Origin: the human T2T-CHM13v2.0 reference genome, Homo sapiens | DNA length: 64,000 nt | Reading direction: 5' to 3' (one strand) | Assembly: GCF_009914755.1 (NCBI RefSeq) | Contig: NC_060925.1 | Position numbers and translations under genes: made by a program | Shown: positions 49,981 to 64,000 of the stretch, in pieces | Layout: every line of letters begins with the position of its first letter | How positions within the stretch are numbered: position 1 is the stretch's first letter | The notes under the pieces: generated by a model | Seen by the model: the letters and a program-made list of their open reading frames with translations, nothing else | What the model was told of the DNA's origin: nothing | Database searches by the model: none

Positions 49981-50469
49981 CAGTCAACTCTTGGAAAATA
50001 CAGGTCTGAACGGCACAATTCCACTTATACATGGATTTTTTTCAATAATAGTACACCAAATGTGCCTATCTCTCCTGCCTTCTCCTTCCACCCGCTCCAC
50101 ATCTCTTCATCTCTGCCACCCAAGACAGAAAGACTAACGCCTTCTCTTTCTCCTCCTCCTCAGCCTACTCAACAAGAAGACAATGAGGATGAAGACCTTT
50201 ATGATCCACTTCCACTTAATGAATAGCAAATATATTTTCTCTTCCTTATGATTTTCTTAATAACATTTTCTCTTGCTTACATTATAAGAATACAGTATAT
50301 AGTGCATGTAATACACAAAATATGTATCAATTAACTGTTTATTGGTAAAGCTTCTGGGCAACAGTAGGATATTGGTAGCTAAGTTTGGGGGAGTCAAAAG
50401 TTAGAACAAGGATGTTTGACTACACAAGGGTTGAAGCCCCTAAACTTTGCATTGCTCAAGGGTCAACTG
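49981..50469 (+). mobile_element. Tigger2a-like (MER28)
   Basis: TIRs CAGTCAACTCTTG... / ...CAAGGGTCAACTG|TA; internal CCTCAGCCTACTCAAC...GATGAAGACCTTTATGATCCAC. Confidence 0.85.
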
Positions 50470-53400
50470 TATTTCACTTTCTAGTTTTATGTGAATAAAT
50501 TGATACAAACAGGTGATAGAGAACTGAAATATGTTTTCTCCCAGAGAAAACTGACCAATCTTTTATTTAGTATTCATGCATTAAAAATAACTGCCATCTT
50601 CATTGACATTATATGTAAAAGCACCAACAAGCTCTGATCACATAAGACAAAGTTCTGTAAGTGACAGATAAGTTGTCAAGTAATATTACACTGCTTCAGG
50701 ACTTCTTTATAGAAGTTATATTTAAATAATGTCTTTCTGTCAGTATCAGATTATTGGAACAAGGCTGAGAACACATTTAAAGTGTTCATTGGCCAAAATG
50801 TTAAAAACCTAACATGAATTAACATGTAACTAAAGTTGCCTGGAGTCTAATATCAGAATTTATTCAGGCTTGTCAGTCTAAGCCAACTTTGCTGATTCCT
50901 TAGTCATAATAAAATAATCTGTCTATAAAAATAAAGACCCATCAATAGGTAAAGAAGAGAGATGGAACTTCCTAGAGGCATAGAAATATCAAACAATTTA
51001 TGAGGCAAACAGTAAATCTGTAAATAATACTGTTTAACAAAAATATTTTAACAAAATGTTACACAGGACTAACGTGAAGTTCAAAGGAAACAATGCATAT
51101 GAAATAGTGCTGTAAAGATTATTACATGTTTATTTTTAATTATCTTATAAGAACACCCTATAGAGACAGAAACTTTATCAGTGTGCTTTTGGAAGCAATA
51201 ACTGTTGCTGGTTGGATGATTCAGTTATCATGAACTATTCTGGCAGGTTTCAAAAGCAGTGCCATTTTAAAACATTAAAAATGTCTAAAAATGCAACCAT
51301 AGTAATAGATTCTGAGTGCATGGGTTGGGGGGTGAGGGAGAAAGACAATGACAAATTGGTCCAAAAGGACACTGAGACTTCATAGTTGGAAGACTATTGT
51401 GCTGACAATTAGTAACAGAGGAAGCAGAGCACAAAACAAATGAATGAAAAAAGCTGAACTTGCAATGAAAGACCTTATTATAGTTCAGAAACATTATTGT
51501 AATAAAGGGGCAATGTACTCTCCTCTATAAAACTTCCAAACAGGCACCCTAGTCTCTTTTCTCTTCCCCTGCATTTCATTTTTTCATTAGCATCTGCTTG
51601 ATTATGTATTATTTCCAACCCAAAAGAACGCCTCTGTATCTTTCCTAAATTCCAAGGCTTAAAGGTTCTTCCTCCCAATGTGGCCTTAGGCCTCATTTAA
51701 CTTTACTCAAAGTATAATAAACGCTTTTAAATTAAAATAAAGATATAGGGGTGAAAAAATCAGAAAGCCAATAATTTAGCATGTATCAACTCAGAGGAAG
51801 CAACAAAACATGTCCCTCAAGTTCAACTTGTTAAAAATGCAATGATTATATAACTTACTGCAAATATTCAGATGATTCTGCCTCTAAAAAAAATCAGTGT
51901 CTCCCCTATGGCTTCTATGACTTAGTTGGAAAAGCAATGCTGAAATCTTCACATACTAGTGAATCATCTACATTAAGCTGCTGTTTCCCTAAATGGAATT
52001 ATCCAAAAGTTCTCAAATACATCTTCATGTATTAGTCAAGAATGACAAGATCTGATCCATGATACAGACAGACAGACTAGTCTAGAGGCATGGAAAACCC
52101 ATATCTTCTGAATTGCCCACACTGGAAAACCTCTCACCTCAAGGCCCTACTGTAAGGTAGTCAGAGATCCATTAGTTAAGTAGGAATATGGAAAAAGCAC
52201 TGGTCTGGAAACTTGAAAGCTGCAGGTTTATCTCCCAGCTCCATCTCTGAAAGAATTCCTTGCCACTGGGAAATTCCATGAACCTAGTTTCTCCAGCTAT
52301 AAAATAGACTGTTTGTCCTCCAAAGATGTTAGTAACATTAAATATATCTTACTAACACACACATATATGTGTATGTATGTACATATATATATGTATGTAA
52401 AATACGAGGCAGAAGGTACTCAACAAGTGGTAATTTATTACTATACTACTCCACAATATACTCAATATTTCAAGAAATAATTATCTGCTGCTGATAGGCA
52501 AACCACTGAATTTAGAATTAGAAGAAAGGACTTTAGAGATCCTTCACTCTAACTCCCTCACTCTACAGATGACAAAATTCTGAGTCCCAGTATGGTTAAG
52601 CGACTGGCTCAACATTACATAATAAAACTCTATCAAATTTATCAGCCACCCATCTACGACATCTATATTTGTTCCTTTGCTCTAGCAGAAAGAAGTCTCG
52701 CTATTATATATAATACAACTCCTGACAACAATGAGAGTCCACTATTAACCCACTGGGTGATACGTGGCATAGCACGAAAGTTCTATGGGTGCTGACGACG
52801 TATTACTTGAAGAGAGCTGTCATCTCTGAACACCATATATGATTAAATGCATTCAAACCAGGTGTTAGAGTTCAAATCACAGTTCTGCCACGTACTTGCT
52901 TTGAGGTTCTGGGCAAGTTTTTCAGTCTCTCTAGGTCTCAGATTCATTATCTAGTTTTTTTTCCTTTAAGTAATAATATTTATTTCATGTTTTTCATGTG
53001 ATGACAAAATGCAATTACACAAATAAAACACCTTGTAAAAAGCAGGCTCTTTAAAAATGTTAATTTTCTTCCTTTACTTCCTTAATTGCCCTCCTAATTT
53101 CCGATGTATTAATTATAAAATGAGATTAAAACACCAAATATAATGGGCAAACAATCATCTTTCTAATTACAATTTCAAAAACTAGTTACGCACAATCCTC
53201 TTTCTAGAAACTATAAATTTAAGTTTAAAATGACACACTAAAAAAAAAATTCAACAAGTAAATCAAATAGTTATCTACATTCAACTTAACCAAAATAATC
53301 TATACGTTTAATAAGATCATAAAAAAATTATACAGTAAATACACTACAGTTGCCTTATCACACGCAGGCTGCAGGTGGTGATCCTCCTACCCCACCCTCC

Positions 53401-55230
53401 ACTTCCCATCCACAATACTCCAACTTCCCTACATACAAGAAGGCAAATTTTTAAAAAATAAATATATAAAGAGATAATGTACCACCTTCCAAGCTACAGT
53501 TTATAACCTTTTTAGCTTAAATTTTAAAAACTCTGTAGGTAGGATTTTAAAATGGAGTATTTATTTGTCAGTAAAATTATTTTATATTCTACCAGGAGAA
53601 AAGATGAACAGCAATGTTACTACAGAAACTACAAATAAAACACGAGGTAAGCTAACAAACAGGGTAGCTAGTGCCTAACTGTGGCCCTGAGAAAACAATG
53701 TCTGACATGATTAGGGCATTCTGCTAAGTATTTCAAACGCCATATTTATTCCTATCATTTATTCTTTTTCCTCATTTGATATTTTTCACTCTATACAGGG
53801 ATAAGGACATAACATACCATCTGGAGCTTTCATTCATTTCTGAAGATTTCATACCCACTTACTTTGACAAGATGAAAAGAAATTCAGCCAAAGTTTCTCA
53901 GAAATAATTTTTCAAATTAATGCTATTCTTGTTACCTGGAAAGTAACTTTATCTTTTGAAATCTTACTATTTCTCCAAACAATCTCAATGTCCAAAGAAG
54001 CTTTTCTTGATGATTCTGTCTTTAATGATACCTCTTTTTCCTAAATTGTAACTGCATGTATTAATTGCAAAACTCCCTTCAAAACTTAGCCATAAAACAT
54101 CTCAGAATACCAATCCCAAGGGTCTGTGGCATATTTTTGCTACTAGACTATAAATTCTTTAAAGCCAAGGGCTAGATCTTGTATCTGTGGAATAAGAAAA
54201 TGAACACAAAACTCTAGGTTCACTCTGTTAGACATGGGTTCATGCTGTGGGCTCTGCCATTTGCCAAACAGTGGCCTAAGCAAGTCATATAACCACTCTG
54301 AGTTCCTTTAAAATGGGGAGCATAATACTTACCTCACAGTGTTGTTGTGAAGATAAAATGAGAAAACATATGTGAAAGGGCTTGATACATAGTAACGCTC
54401 AAAGAAAGGTTGGTTTCCTTATTTCCTTCTTTTTTCCCCTCAGTACCTGGTACAATGTTGAGAACATAATAACCCTCAATAAAAACTTCCTAAATATTCA
54501 TTACAATTTAGACTTCCTAAAAAATATATTTAAATATTAATTTTGATGACTCCTATGTTTCCAAATTGTGTTACTTTAAGTCAAACACATACACACAAGG
54601 TAGAAAACTTCAAAACACAGTAGGTGCAAATGGTTGTTATTTGAGATGGCTAGAAAAGAAAATCAAGGAAGGAGTCCTAAGTATTTAAAAATAATTGAGT
54701 GATACTAATTATATGTAGGGTATTCCCTTACTTAAGCACCTATCAACAAGTAATAGTTGATTGCTGACCTTCGAAAAAGTTGAGTGAGACAGAAAGGGGG
54801 GAAGGCAGATACAGAGGAAAGGAAAGAGGGAAAAAGAAAGGAATAAAGGAAGGTGGTCATGCTGGAATCTCTTCTATGTCCTCAGTATAAACTATTGAAG
54901 CTGATAACTACTTGCCTGCCTTCCTTTAAAAACAATCCCCATTGCATCCTCCACCTCTCAATAAAGCAGTAATCTAGGAAGCAAAGTACCTTTAATTTTT
55001 CCTCCAATGGATAGGATCCTCTTCAACCAGTCAGAAAAATACTGAAGGATTTTATTACTTTAAGAAAAAACAACTTCTGACTAAAAAGGGAATAACAACA
55101 GTCACACAGGTCTTTCTCAGCCTGCAGCAGCTTTGTCTTCCAAAGCCCAGGGTTTGAAGAATTTGGTCTATACCCCGTTCCCCTTGCCCTCACCCAAACT
55201 CTTGTCTCTGATCCAATGGTGTTAGATCTT

Positions 55231-57380
<2,150 letters not shown>

Positions 57381-57762
57381 GGTGTTACTTCTTTAGCCAT
57401 AGTGATGTCTTCTTTTTTGGCCAGAAGGAGGCCATAAGCAGGGTTTGGGAATGTACCTCACTCTGTTTAGTCATTAAGAAAGAATAGCCCTGACTAATCA
57501 AAGTCCTAGGCATGAAATGAAACTAGAAATTTTCCTCCAACCAAACAATAGTATTTGGCCTCAACTGCAACAGACTGTTGTAAGCAAGTTCTCTAAAACC
57601 TTTAAGACTCTTTAAAGAAAGCTCAGTAAAGTGGTTTCCTCCTCACTCCAATGTAATTTAGCTAAAGGAGGAATGATTGCCAGTTAATTCAGCAAACATT
57701 ACTAAGTACCTTCTATCTTACGTTAATACTATTTGGATAGCATTTTACAACATACAAATTGT

Positions 57763-57766
<4 letters not shown>

Positions 57767-57847
<81 letters not shown>

Positions 57848-58125
57848 AGACAAAGTCTTGCTCTGTCGCCAAGGCTTGAGTACAGTGGCATGGTCTTGGC
57901 TCACTGCAACTTCCACCTCCCGGGTTCAAGCAATTCTCCTGCTTCAGCCCAGTAGCTGGGACTATAGGTGTGCCCCACCAAGCCCAGCTAATCTTTGTAT
58001 TTTTAGTAGAGATGGGGGTTTCATCATGTTGGCCAGGCTGCTCTCAAATTCCTGACCTCAAGTGATCCACCCACCTCAGCCTCCCAAAGTTCTGGGATTA
58101 CAGGCGTGAGCCACACCACTCGGCT
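57767..58125 (-). mobile_element. AluS with T-run plus (AT)n tail, inserted in a MIR
   Basis: (AT)n 57767-57813, poly-T 57814-57846; MIR continues 58126-58320. Confidence 0.92.
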
Positions 58126-60645
58126 ATATGATCTCACTTGATCCTCACTGTAAGCCTGTGAAGAAGGTATCATTAGCTCCATTGTTCAAAGATGAGCAAA
58201 ATGAAAATCAGAGAAGTTATGTGATTTGCCCAAGATCACATAGCTAGTAAAGCAGTAGAACCTAGTCCCAAAGTCAGGTCTTCTGACTACAAGTCCAATG
58301 ATGTTCCAGTATACCAGATATTGTAATAAATGCTGTGGGACATTTTTAAAATGAGTATGCATGGTCACTGTCTTCTACAAGTTTACCATTCCCTTTGATT
58401 CTAAATAAGCCCCCCCATTCCTTATATTCTGATAAAAGAGGCTCAGAAAGTAAAGACTGTAACTAAAATGATTGGCTTGGGAATACAAATCAGGAAAAGG
58501 CTGGGAGATCGTGGAAGCTACTAAAGAAGAGGAAGCAGGCTCTAAAACAGAAATCTGATCAGATCACCTGTAGTGTTATAATGAAGGAACTATTAAAATA
58601 GTGAGATTATTTAATAAGAAACTCAGATGATACACATGAAAAGTTATGATTATAAAGGAGATAACACTGATGAAATCTTTCAGAGATGCAGAGGGTTGCT
58701 TTCACCCCTGGCAGCTGGATTTGAAACTCTTGACTGCCGCAGTCATTTTCATTAAGATGGGATACACTTTTTCTGTTTTTTTTTTCTTTCCACATTTGTT
58801 GTACAACGTAAGGAAAAAGTAGGAAAGAATGAACGTTTTGTGGAATTTTTGTTCTTTTCAAATTGGAGTATGATTTGAATTGGAGCCTGAAGAAGGAAAT
58901 ATGTGACATTGTTACATTATAGTTTTCTTAAAAATGATCTCATTTTAAAATAATTTTTACAAAGGTTTTCTCCATTCCCAATTCTAAACTTGGTTTAAGG
59001 TTAAATTCTGCAAATATCTGAACATAACACTACCTATGAAAATAGAAGCGAGAAGCAAAATTTGATTAAATTTACGGTAATTCACTTCTTAAGATAAGGC
59101 AGCTATTCCTTACAGTGGGATACACCTGTTAACAGATATAACTTTCCATTTGTCTAAAAATTTGATAGCATAAAGAAAAAAACAAGTATCTAAGGTGATG
59201 GATTTATCAATTACCTTGATTTCATTATATGAATGTATCAAATAATCACATGTACCCGAAAATATGTACATCTAATATGTATCAATTAAAAATGTTTTTT
59301 AAATAAAGTAAATCAAGAAAAAAAAGAAAGCACCAAATCTTCAAGTGATAAAATGATTAAATGATCTAAAAATCATTAAAAACAAACACAGGGTTAGGAA
59401 TTTTGTATGTAATTAAACCTGACCAGAATATAGCAATGTATGTCAAAAAGAAAATGTATAGAACATTAAAGAGTAACAGAAAAAAAAGAATGAAAAGATA
59501 TAGGCTATAAACACAGTTATTATTTGGGCAAGTGTTTAATTGTGGATATATATTAAAAAATAATTCAGCTTTTCCTTGTCAAAAATGGAGAACATCTGAA
59601 ATTTTTCTAAGCAAGGAGAACGGTATTTGCAAAGGAACTTTTTTTGGAGATGAATCTATTTTATGCATTGTTTCCAAATATTCCAGAAAAGATAATATTT
59701 GAAGGTAAGAACTTGATCAGGAGACTTAACATAATCCAGAAAGGAAGTGATGAAGCACTGAGCTAGGATGGTAGCAGTAAGACTGAAAAGGATGAGGACT
59801 AAACTGTATCTTGCTGACTGACTCGCAGCCTGTTTGTTTAAGGATGTATCCCCTCCACTGCACACTATAACCAGGTACATCCTTTTAAAAAAATTGAATA
59901 CTGATTTGGAAACCGGATGTTCAAAAATTTCATCACATTGATATTTAAGACTTTCCATAATCTGATTACTAACTCTCTAATCTGAGCTTTTTTTTTTCCT
60001 CCAGCATAAATTCTCCATCCATCTAGGATATTGCCTATACCATTCACAAAACAAGCTACTCCTTAATACTTGCCTTCATTTGTTTGCTTATGTTGTTAAC
60101 CTGAGACTGTCCTCTGTCTTACAAAAACATAATCAAATCCTCTTCTTCAGGGCTCATGTTAACCCCATCTCCTGAGTAAATTCTCAGTCAACCTCGCCAA
60201 CACTTACCTATTGCTTCTCTCAACTTCTACAGCAGCTACTTTCTACAGAATTCATTTTGGCAATTAATCCTATTTTTCCTCCCACTGCTATATGTTCTAT
60301 GTGAATGTCTTCCATAGTCAATGACAAATTCTTACATATAAAAATTTTATTATATACTCCTTTCACTATCAGGTATGGGTATAATGATCAATCAACACTT
60401 CGAAGGTGAATTATTATGATCTCTCATAATTCATGTACATTTATATAGTATATATTTACATAGTCTGTAGTTTTTCTAGAATTACAAGGTTATTATTCTA
60501 GGTTGTATTATCTGTTACACAAGACTAAGAATCAAGTCATAAGCTTTTTCTCTATCCCCATGTATGTCCACTAGAAGTATTAATAGGAATCAACTGATTT
60601 TTCTACATATTTAAAATCTCTGTATATAATATTTATTCAAAGATT

Positions 60646-60745
60646 TTTTTTTTTTTTTTTTTTTTAAAGAGACAGGGTCCTTCTATGTTGCCCAGGCCGG
60701 TCTCAAACGATCCTTCCACCTTAGCCACCCAAGCATCTGGGATGA
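60646..60745 (-). mobile_element. Deleted FLAM/Alu monomer
   Basis: Poly-T followed by GAGACAGGGTCC...GTTGCCCAGGCCGGTCTCAAAC. Confidence 0.75.
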
Positions 60746-60833
60746 GATAAAGATGTTTGTTAGTAGGTTTAAGTCCCATAATTCCCTTACTTGCAAAGAG
60801 AGAGAGAAAAGTCGGTTAGAGAGTAAATACTTT

Positions 60834-61140
60834 GGTCATGCACAGTAGCTCATGCCTATAATTCTAGCACTTTGGGAGGCCAAGGTGTGGATCACTTGAT
60901 GAGCCCAGTTCAAGACCAGCCTGAACAAAATGGTGAAACCCTGTCTCTACAAAAAACTGGCCAGATGAGGTGGCATGCAGCTGTAGTCCCCAATACTCAG
61001 GATGCTGAGGTGGGAGGATCACTTAAGCTTGGGAGATTGAGGCTACAGAGAGCTGTAATTGTGCCACTGTACTCCAGCCTGGGTGACAGAGTGAGATCTT
61101 GTCTTAAAAAACAAAAAACTTAAAGAAAAAAGAAAAAAAA
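60834..61140 (+). mobile_element. AluJ
   Basis: Diverged dimer; TSD AGAGTAAATA. Confidence 0.9.
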
Positions 61141-62079
61141 GAGTAAATATTTCATCTTTTAAAATTGTGCTTATAAATGCAGAAATAACCTATTTTTTAA
61201 GAAGGGACTGAAGAAAGGTTTCAGAGAAGAAAAGCATATTGTCAGGGTGGGACAATATTTGCAGCATAGAATAAGGTAGAATTCTAGGAGAGGCTTCTTA
61301 GGACACAGGCTGGCACTTCTCCCATCCCACCACAGAGAATAAGAAGGAATTGATCAGAAGTAGGATAAGCCCAAGACATAGGGGCAAATGCACACGTCCT
61401 CCATGTGGGAACTACTCCCACTCTGGAACTGAGCAAGCTAGTAAACTCAAGAGAGGTTCATACAAATTGTCAAAATGTTAGCAAGACCATGACTCCTGGA
61501 CAGACAAACTGTTTTACTCAAAGTAAAATAAAATGCAGCCCTGAGACAATGTATGTATCCTATATTATTTTTTAAAGTGCATGTTTCTTGTATATATCTC
61601 AATCTACAATCCTTAGAAATCCATCAAACCATAATTGTGATTAGAGATGTACTATGCTTGAAAAACCTTATTTTTACTTACATTTCTATAGCACTACATT
61701 GGCACCTATATATTAATAGTTCTTATGTGATCCACCCAAAGAAGGGTGAACGTCAAATATTGCTATCCACATTCTACAGGCCTTGTGGAGTTTCCATTCT
61801 CCATGTCAAAGGATACCTAGTAATTTAAGTGCTGGAAATGGGGCCCCAAATCAGGTCTCATCACCATAAATCTAGGGGAAATGTTATAATATAGGGGTGG
61901 GGGAGGGGAGTAATATTTATGTGATAGTCGAGACACTTGAGTTTTATTCTTGATACTTAACTACTACTACCTAGTAAGGCAACCTTAAAAAGATCACTGA
62001 ATTTCTAAAGGCTTCATTTTTCTCACCTAAAAAAAGAGAAATCTCGACTAGATGTTTCAGATGTTCACTTAAAAAGTTA

Positions 62080-63255
62080 AGTCATAAAATACAAGCACTA
62101 GGAGATATAAGATAAATAAGACTAAGCTCTTTCCCCTAAAATAACTTACTGATCAGTGAATGAGACATGCACAGGAACAAGATAACCAAGAAACAATGTG
62201 TTAACAGCAGAAGATAATAGATTTAAGAAGGGCAGAGAGGACTAATTTAGCAAGGAATAGGGATGGGAATTAAAATCTGAATTAAGTCTTAGAAAAGTAT
62301 CCAGGCAAATAGAGGACCAAAGGACATTCCAATCGAAGGGAACAGCATAAACAAAGCCTCAGAGTGGAAAAGCAGCATAGGTTGTACAGGGAATTATAAA
62401 CAGTTCAGTATTGCTGATACATAATTGTAGAGCAGAAGAGAGATCCTGCAAGAGTTGAAAGTAGAGGCCAGATTGAAGAGATCTATGATGTATTAAGAAA
62501 GCTGAACTTTATCCAGTAGGCAATGATGATCCAAGGCAGGGCTTTCACAGGGGAATGGCATAGTTATGATATAATTTTAGAAAGACCACTTTGATACCCG
62601 CGTGAAGAAAGAGTATGAGTGGTACAAACTAGAAACAGAGAAGCTAGTTAAGAATCTACAGCAGATATGATGAGGCCTCATTCTGGGGTGATTATAGAAA
62701 AGGATCATAGGTTCAAGAAATATGCAGAATCAGCAGGACTAGAAATGGATTGGGAGTGGGGTAAAGATGTGAAGGAGAAAAAAAAGGCATGGAAAGGATC
62801 CATGTTTTTGATCAGGCAGAGACAGAACTCAGATACTGAGTACAAAGGAAGAAATAGACAAAATTATCTTGAGTTTATCTTAGGACGTACCTGGTCAAAA
62901 AATATCTAGGTAGAGATGTCCAGCAGCCAATTGAACAGAGTAACCTAATGCTCAGGAGAGAGGCCTAGCCTAGAGATTTAAGTGTGGGAGTAAGCTGCAC
63001 ACAAGGTTGCAACTGAAACCCCAAAAGTCAACGTGTCCGCCCAAGAGAAAGTACAAAGTGTGAAGGGTCTTCAACCAGAACCCTGTTAAATACCAGAACT
63101 GTGCATTAGCCTAAGGGGTAGGGGGGAACAGGAAAGAGGTATATCCCAGAACACAGTGGGAGTGGTCAAAAAGGAGATGGTGATCAACAGTATAAAATGC
63201 AGCCCAGATATAAATCCAGGAAAAATAAGAACTGAAAGATGTCTACTAGACTTAC
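62080..63255 (-). mobile_element. L2 fragment
   Basis: Purine-rich reverse L2 (TTTTAGAAAGACCACT, GAGATGTCCAGCAGCCAATTG). Confidence 0.6.

Positions 63256-64000
<745 letters not shown>

Noticed and set aside
49930-50226. 98-aa Pro/acidic ORF
   Set aside because: Lies within the Tigger2a element.

Overview
Primate (human-like) genomic DNA from inside the AKT3 gene, which is transcribed on the minus strand. Three internal coding exons with canonical AG/GT ends are present: 35916-36027 (112 nt, PH domain), 17044-17188 (145 nt, end of PH domain plus linker) and 8760-8891 (132 nt, kinase Gly-loop and catalytic Lys). The rest is intron, mostly transposable elements: about 20 Alus, old L1M/L2/MIR fragments, Tigger/MER DNA transposons, an ERVL pol fossil, solo LTRs (MER41, MLT1, MLT2A, MER31) and three L1PA insertions. 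Main observations: (i) all three L1PA copies are twin-primed inversions, and two of them mirror each other so they could form a ~2.7-kb RNA stem in one intron; (ii) two L1PA copies ~35 kb apart share unusual variants, including an ORF2 frameshift; (iii) the 112-nt exon carries an overlapping TAATGA stop/start that closes any back-spliced circle into a defined '-NAS' peptide, plus an out-of-frame ATG ORF; (iv) a MER41 solo LTR carries STAT motifs. Repeat subfamily names come from recalled consensus sequences, not a database search, and old-repeat boundaries are approximate.
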